Of a stretch of DNA of 64,000 nucleotides, positions 7,675 to 17,747 are shown piece by piece. Position numbers and translations under genes: made by a program. The stretch is taken from assembly GCA_964490075.1 (NCBI GenBank), contig CAZBBK010000021.1, positions 1 to 64,000 of the forward strand, given 5' to 3'. Positions within the stretch are counted from its first letter, which is position 1. Every line of letters starts with the position of its first letter. The notes below the pieces were generated by a model. That model did not search any database. It was not told where the DNA came from and saw only the letters and a list, made by a program, of their open reading frames with translations. Source of the DNA: an uncultured Gemmatimonadota bacterium. GTDB taxonomy: Bacteria > GCA-2686955.

Positions 7675-10600
7675 TCAACCTCCGATGGCGCGGTTGCGCC
7701 GCTGGTCCAGGCGATCGATCAGCTCGGCCAGATTCTCTTCCAGCTGTGGGTCGGCCGCGACCAAGCCCTCGACGGTCGGCGGAAAACCGCGCCGCTCCTG
7801 CGGCGGGACCTTGCGCCGGGATACCAGGATCAGCGGGATCGGCAGCTGCTCCCGGCTCGGAACCACGCGCCGGGTCTGGTTGGTTCCGATATCGAGCACC
7901 ACCAGGTCGCATCCGCCGCCGAGCGGCTGCTCGTCCGACACCTGGGTGCGCACGTCCCAGCCCGGGCGGTCGAGAGCGGTGACGATCCGCCCGCGGATCT
8001 CGGCATCGTCGGAGATCACCTGGATACGGGTGCGGCGCCACTCGCCCAGCTTGGCTATGCGCGCCAGGAACTGCTCCCGGGGCACCGGCTTGGTGAAGTA
8101 GTCGGAAGCTCCGAGACCAATTCCAAGGCCCGGATTGCCGAGCACGCTGGTGATGATGACCGGGATCCGCTCGGTCTTCGGCTCGGCCTTGAGCTGCTCC
8201 ATGATGCTCCATCCGTCCATGTCGGGGAGCATCACGTCGAGCACGATGACCCGCGGCCGCGAGCGCCGCGCCAGCGCCAGCGCCTTTTCGCCGGTGGTGG
8301 CCGTCAGCACCTCGTAGCCCGCCCCTTCGACCAGGCGGCGCAGCAGCTTCAGCGAGTTCAGATCGTCCTCCACCAGGAGGATGGGACGCGGCGCCTCCTC
8401 CGCCCGGATGCTGCCCTCCAGCGCCGAGGGGGCGATGCAGGGCAGAACCAGCTTGAAGGTGGCGCCCTTGCCGATCTCCGAGTCGACCCAGATCACGCCC
8501 TGGTTGAGCTCGATGAAACGCTTGGAGAGGGTGAGCCCGAGCCCCGAGCCCTGGTGTTCGCGGGTGTAGGAGCCGTCGGCCTGCCGGAACTCATTGAAGA
8601 TCACCGATTGATCCGCCTTGGCGATGCCGATTCCGGTATCGGCGACCGAGATCAGGATCAGCGCCTCGGGCGGGAGCTGTCCGCCGCGGGCCGCGTGACG
8701 CTCGGCGCAGTCGGCGTCGGCGGCAACCGCCGAGAGGGTGATCCGACCGCGATCCGGGGTGAACTTGGCGGCGTTGCCGACCAGGTTCAGCAACACCTGT
8801 TTGAGCATGCCGCGGTCGGTGTAGACGCGCTCGCCGCCGCCGGAGATCTCGGTCAAGAGCTCCAGCCGTTTCTTGCTCGCCAGACCGCTGATCGTGGTCT
8901 CGACCTCTTGGAAGAGCTCCTCGACCTCGATCTCGGCCGGCGAAGGCTCCATCTTGCCCGACTCGATGCGCGACAGATCGAGGAGCTGATTGATCAGGTT
9001 GAGCAGATGCCGGCCGCTGGTCAGCACGTCGTTGACGCAGCGCGCCTGGGCCTCGTTGAGGTCGCCCGCCAGACCGTCGGCCAGCACCTCGCTGAAGCCG
9101 ATGATGGCGGTCAGCGGGGTGCGCAGCTCGTGGCTGGTATTGGCCAGGAACTCGGTCTTCAGTCGATCGGCCTCCTGGCTCTCTTCGAGCGCCAGCTCGC
9201 GCTCGTGGAAGAGGCGAGCGTTCTTGATCGCCGCCGCCATCTGCGCCGCGAAGAGGGTGAGGATGTCGCGGTCGGCCGGGCTCAGCACTCCCTTGCGCTC
9301 CGACTCGATGTCCAGCACTCCGAGCAGCTCTTCGCCGTGGACGATCGGCACCGCCAGCTCGGCGCGCGCCCCCGGCCAGCCGGTCTGGCAGCGCGGCTCT
9401 TCGCGCACGTCGGGAACGATCAAGGGCTCGCGGGTCAGGCCGACGTGCCCGCAGACGCCGCTGCCGAGCGGAACCCGCACCACGCCCTCGCCCGAATGGC
9501 CGCGAAATGCCTCGACGGTGAGCGCGCGGCGTTCCCGGTCGTAGAGCAGGATCGCCGCGTTGTGGTATCCGAGGCTCTCGTCCAGGATGGTCAGCGCCCG
9601 GTCCATCAAGTCCTTGAGATCGTAGGTCGATACCAGCGCCCGGCCGACGTCGAAGAGGGCCCGGAAACGGCGTTCGCTGGCGTGGGTGCTGCCGTGGATC
9701 CGGGCGTTCTCGATGGCGATCGCCAGGAGCGGCGCCAGCAGGGTGAGAACCTGCACATCGCGCTCCCCGAAGGCACCGACCTCGGAGGACTCGATGTCGA
9801 GCACGCCGATCACCCGGTCCCCTTTTCGCAGCGGGACCGCCACCGCCGAGCGCGAACCTTCGATGCCGAAGACGAAGCGCGGGTCGCTCCGCGCGTCGGG
9901 CACCTGGACCGGCTTGCAGGTGGCCATCACCTCGCCGCAGATGCCGGCCCCCGCGGGAATCAGGATGTCGTCGGCGCGGGCCCGCGGGAAGCCGCGATGG
10001 GCGGCGCAGAAAAGGTCGCCGCCACCCGCCGCCGGGAGCACGATCGCCGACTGCGCATAGTGGAAGCGTTCCTCGAGGATCTCCAGAACTCCGGAGAGCA
10101 GCCGCTCCAGGTCGAGGTTGCTGACCACCGCCCGGCCGAGCTCGTAGAGGGCGGAGAGATCCTGGACCCGCTCTCCCAGGTCGCTCACCAGGCGGGCATT
10201 GGTGATCGCCACCGCGGCCTGGTCGGCCACCCGGCGGGCGCGGCCCAGGGTGCGCTCGTCCCAGCTCCGGACCGGCTGCGCGGCGATTAGGGCCAGCACA
10301 CCGATGGTCTCGGCGCCGCCCAGGATCGGGACGTAGATCGCGGCGTGCTCGGGGTAGGGATCGGGGCCTTCGGAATAGGGATTCTCGGCCGCGTTTTCGA
10401 CCGTCACGGCACGCTTGCGCTGGTAGGCCTCCAGGGCGGCCGAGCGGCTGTCGAAGGCGACGAAGGGTGCGGCGCCCTTCGCGCCCCAGTCGGGCGACAC
10501 CGCCGCGCCTTCCAGGCCCTCGGCGACCCGCAGCAACACGTAGGCGCGCGCCGCGCCGAAGACGATCCGCGAAGTGTCGACCAGGCCGCGCAGGGTGGCG

Positions 10601-11808
10601 CCCAGGTCGGTGGAGCGCAGCACCGAGCGGGCCACCGCGTAGAGCAGGCCGAGCTCGGCCGAAGAGAGCTCGCGCTCCTCCGTGGTGGCGGCCAGCTCGC
10701 GGCGCTTCGACTCGATCTCCTCCTCGCCGCGCTCGATCCGCTCCTCGAGCAGCGAGTGATAGCGCACCAGCCCCTCGATCATCTCGTTGTAGCCCTGCGC
10801 CAGCTCCTCCAGCTCGTCGCCGGTGGCGATGTGAACCCTGCGCCCGAGATCGCCGTGGGTGACGGCCCGCACCGCCGCCCCGATCTCGTGGATCGGCGCC
10901 AGAATCCGCGCCGACCAGAAGCCGCCGCTCCACACCAGGAGGATGGTCAGCACCACGGCGAGCGTCACGATCAGGGTGGCGAGCAGCCGGGACGACTCCA
11001 GCGCGTGCTCCAGGTCGCTCTCGACCACGACCAGAAGCGGGGTCGCGGCTCCGGAGACGTTGGCGGGAGCGAAGCCGACCAGGCGCTGGTTGCCACCCGC
11101 TCCACCCTCGCGCTCGATGATGTCGAAGCCGACCGATTCGCGCTCGAGCAGCGAGGCCATGCGCGGATCGAGCTGGGTGCCGGGCCTGCGGCCGCCGAGC
11201 ACCCGCCCCGCGGCGTCGATGTGCCAGATGCGCCGGTGGGGGACCTCGGAGGCGTCGCCGACGGCGCCGAGCAGGGGCCGGGCGTCGAGCTCCGCGACCA
11301 CTCGACCGCGCCGGCGTCCGTCGAAGTCGGTGACCGCCTCGCGCACCCGCAGCACGGCTCGGCCGTCGCTCTCGCTCCAACCGAGCTGCGGCAGATCGGA
11401 AAGGGCGCACAACGCCGCGGCTCGCCGCGGGTCGTCGAGGCCGTGGGCGGCGACCACCCGACCCAACCCATCGGTGACGCAGGCACGGATCACCGGCAGC
11501 CCGACCTCGATCAGGTCGGAGCCGAGATCGAGGGGCTGCGGCGCCCCTCCGCGCAGCGCCTCGAGAATGTCGGGGCGGCGCAGCGCGCCCGCCAGGCGCT
11601 CGGAGTGCAGCGCCGCCTGCTCCTCCAGCCGATGGGCGCTCAGAATCGCCGCCTGGGCCAGCGTGGTGCCGACCGAGGAGCGCAGCGCGGTGCGGGAGGT
11701 CAGGAAGGTGGCCGCGAGCCCGAGTATCAGCGGCAACGCCCCCGCGATCGTGAAGTAGATGATCAGCTTGCGGCGCAGCCCCCGCCTGCGTCCATCGACG
11801 GCGCTCAT
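7675..11808 (-). CDS. Membrane hybrid sensor histidine kinase (periplasmic sensor, HAMP, 3 GAF, HisKA, HATPase, REC, pseudo-REC)
   Basis: Two TM segments, HAMP (GDELEELA), three GAF repeats, SHELRTPL H-box, NAAKFT, DTGIGI, GSGLGL, and a receiver LLVEDD...LDVMLPDMDG. Confidence 0.93.
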   Translation of the reverse strand: MSAVDGRRRGLRRKLIIYFTIAGALPLILGLAATFLTSRTALRSSVGTTLAQAAILSAHRLEEQAALHSERLAGALRRPDILEALRGGAPQPLDLGSDLIEVGLPVIRACVTDGLGRVVAAHGLDDPRRAAALCALSDLPQLGWSESDGRAVLRVREAVTDFDGRRRGRVVAELDARPLLGAVGDASEVPHRRIWHIDAAGRVLGGRRPGTQLDPRMASLLERESVGFDIIEREGGAGGNQRLVGFAPANVSGAATPLLVVVESDLEHALESSRLLATLIVTLAVVLTILLVWSGGFWSARILAPIHEIGAAVRAVTHGDLGRRVHIATGDELEELAQGYNEMIEGLVRYHSLLEERIERGEEEIESKRRELAATTEERELSSAELGLLYAVARSVLRSTDLGATLRGLVDTSRIVFGAARAYVLLRVAEGLEGAAVSPDWGAKGAAPFVAFDSRSAALEAYQRKRAVTVENAAENPYSEGPDPYPEHAAIYVPILGGAETIGVLALIAAQPVRSWDERTLGRARRVADQAAVAITNARLVSDLGERVQDLSALYELGRAVVSNLDLERLLSGVLEILEERFHYAQSAIVLPAAGGGDLFCAAHRGFPRARADDILIPAGAGICGEVMATCKPVQVPDARSDPRFVFGIEGSRSAVAVPLRKGDRVIGVLDIESSEVGAFGERDVQVLTLLAPLLAIAIENARIHGSTHASERRFRALFDVGRALVSTYDLKDLMDRALTILDESLGYHNAAILLYDRERRALTVEAFRGHSGEGVVRVPLGSGVCGHVGLTREPLIVPDVREEPRCQTGWPGARAELAVPIVHGEELLGVLDIESERKGVLSPADRDILTLFAAQMAAAIKNARLFHERELALEESQEADRLKTEFLANTSHELRTPLTAIIGFSEVLADGLAGDLNEAQARCVNDVLTSGRHLLNLINQLLDLSRIESGKMEPSPAEIEVEELFQEVETTISGLASKKRLELLTEISGGGERVYTDRGMLKQVLLNLVGNAAKFTPDRGRITLSAVAADADCAERHAARGGQLPPEALILISVADTGIGIAKADQSVIFNEFRQADGSYTREHQGSGLGLTLSKRFIELNQGVIWVDSEIGKGATFKLVLPCIAPSALEGSIRAEEAPRPILLVEDDLNSLKLLRRLVEGAGYEVLTATTGEKALALARRSRPRVIVLDVMLPDMDGWSIMEQLKAEPKTERIPVIITSVLGNPGLGIGLGASDYFTKPVPREQFLARIAKLGEWRRTRIQVISDDAEIRGRIVTALDRPGWDVRTQVSDEQPLGGGCDLVVLDIGTNQTRRVVPSREQLPIPLILVSRRKVPPQERRGFPPTVEGLVAADPQLEENLAELIDRLDQRRNRAIGG

Positions 11809-11862
11809 GGGTCGGTCCCGGCGTGGCTCATGCGGGAATGATCCCCGGCCGGGGCGCGCTTT

Positions 11863-13755
11863 TCAACCGCCCCGCGCAGCCACGAGGACGGTCACGTCGT
11901 CGCGGCGGCCGGGATGGGAGCCCAGCTCTTCCAGCAGCCGGGCACGCATCGCCCGGGGTCGGCCGGGGGCGGCGCGAGCGGCGTCGGTGGCGGCCCGCAG
12001 CAGCGGCCCCTCCGCCATCTCCTTGCCCTGTCGATCGGTCGCCTCGGCCAGTCCGTCGGTGTAGAGCACCAGGCACTCGTCCTCGGCCAGGCTGAAGCGC
12101 CCCACCCCTTGCACCGGATCGGGGATCATCGCCAGCCCCAGGGCGCTGCCCTCGGCGTCGATCTCCCGAACGCCGCGCGGCCCGGCCAGCAGCGGTGCCG
12201 GATGGCCGGCGCGCACCAGCTCTCCGCGGCCGCTCGCGGGGTCGATCTCGACGTAGGCCAAAGTGACGAAGCTGCCGCGGCGGATGGTCCGGCGCAGGGC
12301 GGCGTCGACCGCCCGCACCACCTCGGCCGGGGCACGGCGGCCATCGGCCATCGCCATCATCAAGCCCTTGAGCTCGGCCATGTAGAGGGCGGCGGTGACC
12401 CCTTTGCCCGACACGTCGGCCACCACCAGCGCCACCCGCCCGCCCGGCAGCGAGAAGTAGTCGTAGGCGTCGCCGCCGACATCGCGGGCCGGTCGCGAGT
12501 AGGCCGCGAGCCGCAAGCCGTCGAGCTCGGCGTCGGGGGCCGGGAGAAGCCCCTCCTGGATGGTGGCGCAGGCGGCGATTTCGCCCTCGATGCGCTGCGC
12601 CTCGACCTTCTCGGAAACGAGCTGGTCGAGGTCGCGCGCCATGGCGTTGAAGGAAAGGGCCAACGCCCCGAGCTGGTCGCGGCTGCCCGCCGGCAGTCGC
12701 ACCGCGAAGTCGCCGGCGGCGATGCGCCGCGCCGCCTCTTCCAGCCGGTCGGTCGAGCGTCCGACGCGATGCCCCACCCACATCGAGAAGGCGATCAGCA
12801 GCGCCTCGGCGAGAGCAAAGGCACCGAGCAGGCCCGCCACGATGGCCCCGATCGGCAGACCCTGGTGCTCCGCCAGGCGCGCCGCCAGGGCGCTGACCGA
12901 GTCCTCGATCAGCACCAGACCCGAGACATCGCTGGGGCCGCCGACGAGTCGGTGGGTGTTGGTCACGTAGAGGATCGGCAGCTCGCGCCAGCGCAGATTG
13001 ACCTCGGCGTGCACCTGCTCGCCGCTGAGCGACTGCAGGGTCAGTCCGCGCTCGTTGAACTCAACCCCCACCGAGGTCTCCTGGTCGCCCTCGGCGGCGT
13101 CGGAAGCGTCGCCGCGCAGGAGCACCAGCGAGACCTCGCGGCCGGTGGCGGCGCTCAACCGCTCGAGCAATCCCGACTCGAGCTCGGCGCGTGCCTCGAT
13201 CGCTCGCCGCGCGTCGATGCCGACCCGCAGCACCAGCTCGGGCGCAGCGCCCGGGACCTCGTGAACCCGCACCCGTGGCTGTCCCTCCGGCGCCAGATCG
13301 CCATCGATCCAGCCCAGCGACATCCCGTGCACCGGCGGCAGGGGAGCCCCCGGCTGGTGGGCGGCGCCGAGGTCGCGGATCAAGCGCTGCGCGGCGTCGA
13401 TTTCGGTCAGCGCCGCCTGGCGCACCGCCGTCATCTGCTGCGCCGCCAGGAAGACATAGAGGCTGATCATGGCCAGGAAGGAGAGCAGCACCGGCGGGAC
13501 GACGCCGAGCAGGGCGTAGCTGATCATCAGCCGAAAGCGCACCCGCTGCGCCCGCCAACGCGCCACGCGGATCAGCGATACCGAGGTGACGACGAGCAGC
13601 GCCGCCCACAGCAGCGCAATCAGTCCGCCGGAGCCGCCGGGGGCCCACACCATCAGCGCTGCCGTCGAGACGGCGATCGCGGCGAGCAGGACCAGGCTCC
13701 AACGGCCGGGCTTGCGCGGCGCTGGTTCGAGATCGGCGGGGTCGGGGTGGTTCAC
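11863..13755 (-). CDS. Membrane HAMP + SpoIIE/PP2C (RsbU-like) phosphatase
   Basis: TM helices, HAMP, VGGDAYD, VADVSGKG, LYTDGLAEA, DDVT. Start trimmed to the GTG at 13755. Confidence 0.88.
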   Translation of the reverse strand: MNHPDPADLEPAPRKPGRWSLVLLAAIAVSTAALMVWAPGGSGGLIALLWAALLVVTSVSLIRVARWRAQRVRFRLMISYALLGVVPPVLLSFLAMISLYVFLAAQQMTAVRQAALTEIDAAQRLIRDLGAAHQPGAPLPPVHGMSLGWIDGDLAPEGQPRVRVHEVPGAAPELVLRVGIDARRAIEARAELESGLLERLSAATGREVSLVLLRGDASDAAEGDQETSVGVEFNERGLTLQSLSGEQVHAEVNLRWRELPILYVTNTHRLVGGPSDVSGLVLIEDSVSALAARLAEHQGLPIGAIVAGLLGAFALAEALLIAFSMWVGHRVGRSTDRLEEAARRIAAGDFAVRLPAGSRDQLGALALSFNAMARDLDQLVSEKVEAQRIEGEIAACATIQEGLLPAPDAELDGLRLAAYSRPARDVGGDAYDYFSLPGGRVALVVADVSGKGVTAALYMAELKGLMMAMADGRRAPAEVVRAVDAALRRTIRRGSFVTLAYVEIDPASGRGELVRAGHPAPLLAGPRGVREIDAEGSALGLAMIPDPVQGVGRFSLAEDECLVLYTDGLAEATDRQGKEMAEGPLLRAATDAARAAPGRPRAMRARLLEELGSHPGRRDDVTVLVAARGG

Positions 13756-13877
13756 GGCGTGGGGCGGGCGGGAGTGCGGCGCGACGGTAGCACGGGGGCG
13801 GGAGGATCGGAGCAGCCTCGAGTGCGAGGATCGCGCTCCATCTGGCCCGGCACCGGCCACCGCTATTCCCCGGCGGC

Positions 13878-14603
13878 TCAACCCGACCCGGGAGCGCCAA
13901 CCCGCCGCCACCAGATCCCGGTCCACTCCGGCACACGGTCCCACGACTCGCGACGGATCCGCTCCACCAGCTCCTCTCCGAAGAAGAAGCCGCAGGCCCG
14001 GGCGGCCTCCTCGGAGCTCCCGAACTGGTAGTCCGTGGAGATCACTCCGCGCCGAAAGCCCCGATCCTGCTCCAGGTGCCGGTAGTAGGCGCCCAGAGCT
14101 GCGTTGGGTGCAGCGGGCTCCAGGGCCCCGGTGCCCAGAGTCTCGATGATCACGATGGTGCCCCCGGGGCGCGTCACCCGCGCCATCTCCGCGAGGCCGG
14201 TGGCCAGCAGCCCTTCCCAGCGCGCCGGCTCCCAGTGGGTGAGATGCCCGAAGACCCAGCCGGCGATGGCGAGATCGACGCCGGCGTCGTCGCTGGGGAT
14301 GGCCTCGGCCGAGCCCGGCACCAATCTCCAGCGCTCCGGCTGAAAGAGCGCGACGAGCCGCTCATCCGCAACCCGCAACATGGCCTCGGCCGGCTCGACC
14401 CCCAGGACGTGACGGCAGCCGCCCTGCAGCAGCAAGCGCGTGATCCGTCCCGTGCCGACGCCAACCTCGGCCACTCGCGCTCCCGCCAGAGGATGGATGT
14501 CCTGCAGCGCGGGAAGCAGCCTGCCCTCGCAGTCCTCGGCGTCGACCAGGCGGTCGTAGGCCGCCGCCTGGTTTCGGTAGACGTCGCGGCAACGATCGTT
14601 CAT
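13878..14603 (-). CDS. Class I SAM-dependent methyltransferase
   Basis: VAEVGVGTGR motif I and RVTRPGG. Start ATG 14603 is preceded by GAAGGA. Confidence 0.85.
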   Translation of the reverse strand: MNDRCRDVYRNQAAAYDRLVDAEDCEGRLLPALQDIHPLAGARVAEVGVGTGRITRLLLQGGCRHVLGVEPAEAMLRVADERLVALFQPERWRLVPGSAEAIPSDDAGVDLAIAGWVFGHLTHWEPARWEGLLATGLAEMARVTRPGGTIVIIETLGTGALEPAAPNAALGAYYRHLEQDRGFRRGVISTDYQFGSSEEAARACGFFFGEELVERIRRESWDRVPEWTGIWWRRVGAPGSG

Positions 14604-14778
14604 TCGTCCTTCGTTCCGGCATTGCCCCCTCATGCCGCCCCCGGGCTCCTGCCGGCGCATCCGGCCGGCGTGGGAGCAGAGAGATGCGCCGATGGTGATC
14701 GATGCCTCGTAGGATAATGCCCGGGGCCACTCCTCGCGTGGAGAGCCACCATCCGAAGCCCCGGCGCCCCGCCCCACG

Positions 14779-14807
14779 TTGACGCCATCCCCCCCCTGGG
14801 CTACGTT
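14779..14807 (+). promoter_or_regulatory. Putative sigma70 promoter of the STAS-STAS-RsbW-RsbU operon
   Basis: TTGACG (14779-14784), a 17-nt spacer containing a C8 run, then TACGTT (14802-14807). Confidence 0.55.
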
Positions 14808-14866
14808 CGCTGCGAGAGCGAAAACCGACCCTATCAGCGAGGGCCCATGCCCCTCTTGGAGGACTC

Positions 14867-15217
14867 ATGAAGCTCAAGGAGCATCGCCGCGAGGGCGTGG
14901 TGGTTCTGGTCGCCAAGGGCAGGATCCTCGGCGGATCCGATACCGAGCTGCTCGAATCGACCGTCAAGGAGCTGATCGACACCGGCGCGCGTCGCGTCGT
15001 GCTCGACCTGGCCGACGTCACCCTGGTGAACTCCAGCGGACTGGGCAGCATCATCAGTTGCCACGCCTCGCTGAAGAAAGCAGGCGGCGACCTCAAGCTG
15101 CTCAAGGTCTCGAACAAGATCGAGTCGCTGCTGGTCATCACCAAGCTGATCACCGTCTTCGACTCCTTCCACAGCGAGGACGAGGCGATCGCCGCATTCG
15201 CCGAAGGATCGGACTGA
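14867..15217 (+). CDS. STAS-domain anti-sigma factor antagonist
   Basis: VVLDLADVTLVNSSGLG...GGDLKL...ITKL; GGAGGA RBS. Confidence 0.92.
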   Translation: MKLKEHRREGVVVLVAKGRILGGSDTELLESTVKELIDTGARRVVLDLADVTLVNSSGLGSIISCHASLKKAGGDLKLLKVSNKIESLLVITKLITVFDSFHSEDEAIAAFAEGSD

Positions 15218-15218
15218 G

Positions 15219-15587
15219 ATGGCCGAGCCCGGCCTGGTGATCACCCGCGCCGAGCACGGCGAGGTCACGGCACTGCGCCTGGAGGGCTTTCTCGACGCCC
15301 ACACCGCCCCCGATCTGGACCAGGAGATCCGGGCGCTGATCGAGGGCGGCCGCAGCCGAATCGTGGCCAACCTCGAGCGCCTCGACTACATCTCCAGCGC
15401 CGGCCTGGGGGTGTTCATGAGCCACGTCGAGGCCCTGCGCGCCGGCGGCGGCGACCTGCGGCTCTGCGCCCTGGTGCCGAAGGTGCGGCGGGTGTTCGAC
15501 ATCGTCGGCTTCTCGCGGGTGTTCCGGCTCTACGAAGAGGAACCGAGCGCGCTGGCCGACTTCGCCGCCAAGGAGCCGGCGCCGTGA
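15219..15587 (+). CDS. STAS-domain anti-sigma factor antagonist (second copy)
   Basis: GFLDAHTAP...LDYISSAGLGVF...GGDLRL. Confidence 0.92.
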   Translation: MAEPGLVITRAEHGEVTALRLEGFLDAHTAPDLDQEIRALIEGGRSRIVANLERLDYISSAGLGVFMSHVEALRAGGGDLRLCALVPKVRRVFDIVGFSRVFRLYEEEPSALADFAAKEPAP

Positions 15588-16033
15588 CCATGTCGCCAGG
15601 GGAGTACGTCTTCAAGATCCCCGGCAGCACGGCCAATCTGCAGCTGATGCGCGAATTCGTCGGCCGCGTGGCGCGGCGCTGCGGATTCGGCGACTCCGAC
15701 GTCGACGACATCGCCCTGGCGGTCGACGAAGCCTGCGCCAACGTGCTGGAGCACGGCGCCGCCCGGCGCGCGCGGCAGATCGACGTGCGGGTGCGCGACG
15801 AACGCGGCGGCCGCTTCTCGGTGACGGTGCTGAACCGCGGCACCCGGATCCCTAGCGAGCGCTTCGATGCGCCCGATGCCCGGCGCCGGATCCGCGCCCG
15901 CGAGCCGGGCGGCCTCGGCCTCTTCCTGATCCGCGCCCTCATGGACGAGGTACAGCTGGAAAGCCGCTCGGCCCGCACCCAGAGCCTGACCATGGTGAAG
16001 TACCGGCCGCCGACCGCGCCCGGCCCGCGGTGA
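15584..16033 (+). CDS. RsbW-like anti-sigma factor / Ser kinase (HATPase fold)
   Basis: LAVDEACANVLEHG and GGLGLFLIRALMDEV. Confidence 0.9.
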   Translation: MTMSPGEYVFKIPGSTANLQLMREFVGRVARRCGFGDSDVDDIALAVDEACANVLEHGAARRARQIDVRVRDERGGRFSVTVLNRGTRIPSERFDAPDARRRIRAREPGGLGLFLIRALMDEVQLESRSARTQSLTMVKYRPPTAPGPR

Positions 16034-17745
16034 GCGACTCCCCTTCGCCCGCGCTCCAGGCCCACCTCCTCGACAGCCTCTACGAGGCCGCGTCGCTGCT
16101 CGAGCGCGGCCGCTCCGAGCCCGATCTGTGCCGCAACCTGCTCCTGGGCGCGCTCGGCTCGCTGGGAATGACCCGCGGCGCGGTGCTGCTGCGGCGGCCG
16201 GCGGGACTGGAGGTGATGGCGGCCACCGCCGGCAGCCTCGCCGCCGGACCGCTCCAGGCCGGCGCCGGGCTCGACGCCGAGCTGGAGGAGCTGCTGGCCG
16301 GCGCCACCGCCCCCCCCGGCGGCGGGCTGCGGGCGGCGGGACTGGACTGCGCGGTCCCCCTGCGGGTCGGGGAGCGGAGCCTGGGACTGATCTGCCTCGG
16401 ACGGCCGGCCGCCGGCGGCGAGCTGGGGGCCCACGAGGAGCGTTTTCTGCGCGCGCTGGCCGCCTTTCACGCGGTATCGATCCGCGACGTTCAGGACTGC
16501 CAGCGCCTCTCCGAGACCAACGACGACCTGGCGCGCCGCAACAGCGAGCTGCAGAGCCTCTTCGAGCTGAGCAAGCGCTGCTCCGGCACCATCGAAGAGC
16601 GCGAGATCCTGGATCTGCTGGCCTTCTCGCTTATGGGAGCCCTGACCTTGACCCGGGTGAGCGTGCTGCTCGCCGCCGAGGACCAGTGGACGGTCGCGGT
16701 GGAGAAAGGCCGGGCGCTGCCGCCCGAGCTCCTCGACGCGCTGCCGCGGCCGGGCCCGGAGGCGGCGCGCAGCGGCCCGTGGCGCAAAGTGGCGCGCGAC
16801 GCCGGGCTCGGAGCCTGCGTGCCGGTCAGCGCCACCTCCGGGCTGGCGGCCTGCGTGGCGGTCGGGGAGCCGCTCTCGGGGCGCGGGCTGGAGGCCGAGG
16901 ATCGGCGCCTGATCGCGACCCTCGCCGCGGTGACCTTGGGCGCGATCGAGAGCGCGCGCCTGTTCCAGGACGCGCTGGAGCGCCAGCGCCTGGAGCGCGA
17001 GCTGGCGATCGCCCGAACCATCCAGGAGGGGCTCTGCCCGCAGACCCTGCCGGAGCTCCCGGGCATCGAGATCGCGGCCCTCACCCGACCCTCCCGCGAA
17101 ATCGGGGGCGATCTCTTCGAGGCGCTGCGCCTGGAGGACGGGTCGGTGCTGCTGGCGGTCGCCGACGTCACCGGCAAGGGAGTGCCGGCGGCGCTCCTGG
17201 CGGCATCGATCCAGGCCGCCATCCGCACCCTTTCGCGCATCGGCCTGGGGCTCGCGGAGCTGGCGCGGCGGGTCAACCAGCTGGTCTGCGAGCAGACCGA
17301 CGCGGGGCATTTCGCCACCTGCTTCCTGGCCCGCTACCACCCCGCCACCGGACGCCTGGCCTGCTGCTGCGCCGGCCACGATCCGGCCTTCCTGCTCGAG
17401 GGCCGCGGCGGCCTGCGCACCCTGTCGACCGGCGGGCTGCTGCTGGGCGTGGTGCCGGAGGCCGGCTACCAGGTCGAGGAGCTCTCCTTCGACCCCGGAT
17501 CGGTGCTGGCGATCTACACCGATGGCCTCACCGAGGCCCAGGCGTCGGTGTCGGGGAATGGGGAGGATGGGGTGGGCGCAGAGGGCGAGGAGCTGGGGCC
17601 GGAGCGGCTGGCCGCCATCGTCCGCGACGCCCTGGACTGCTCCGCTCTCGACCGGGCCGCCGCCCGGATCCTGGCCGCGATCGACACCTTCACAGCGGGT
17701 GCCCCCCCCTCCGATGACCGCACACTGCTTCTGTTGAGACGCTGA
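16030..17745 (+). CDS. GAF-like domains + SpoIIE/PP2C (RsbU-like) phosphatase
   Basis: IGGDLFE, VADVTGKGVPAA, AGHDP, IYTDGLTEA, SDDRT. Confidence 0.9.
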   Translation: MSDSPSPALQAHLLDSLYEAASLLERGRSEPDLCRNLLLGALGSLGMTRGAVLLRRPAGLEVMAATAGSLAAGPLQAGAGLDAELEELLAGATAPPGGGLRAAGLDCAVPLRVGERSLGLICLGRPAAGGELGAHEERFLRALAAFHAVSIRDVQDCQRLSETNDDLARRNSELQSLFELSKRCSGTIEEREILDLLAFSLMGALTLTRVSVLLAAEDQWTVAVEKGRALPPELLDALPRPGPEAARSGPWRKVARDAGLGACVPVSATSGLAACVAVGEPLSGRGLEAEDRRLIATLAAVTLGAIESARLFQDALERQRLERELAIARTIQEGLCPQTLPELPGIEIAALTRPSREIGGDLFEALRLEDGSVLLAVADVTGKGVPAALLAASIQAAIRTLSRIGLGLAELARRVNQLVCEQTDAGHFATCFLARYHPATGRLACCCAGHDPAFLLEGRGGLRTLSTGGLLLGVVPEAGYQVEELSFDPGSVLAIYTDGLTEAQASVSGNGEDGVGAEGEELGPERLAAIVRDALDCSALDRAAARILAAIDTFTAGAPPSDDRTLLLLRR

Positions 17746-17747
17746 GC

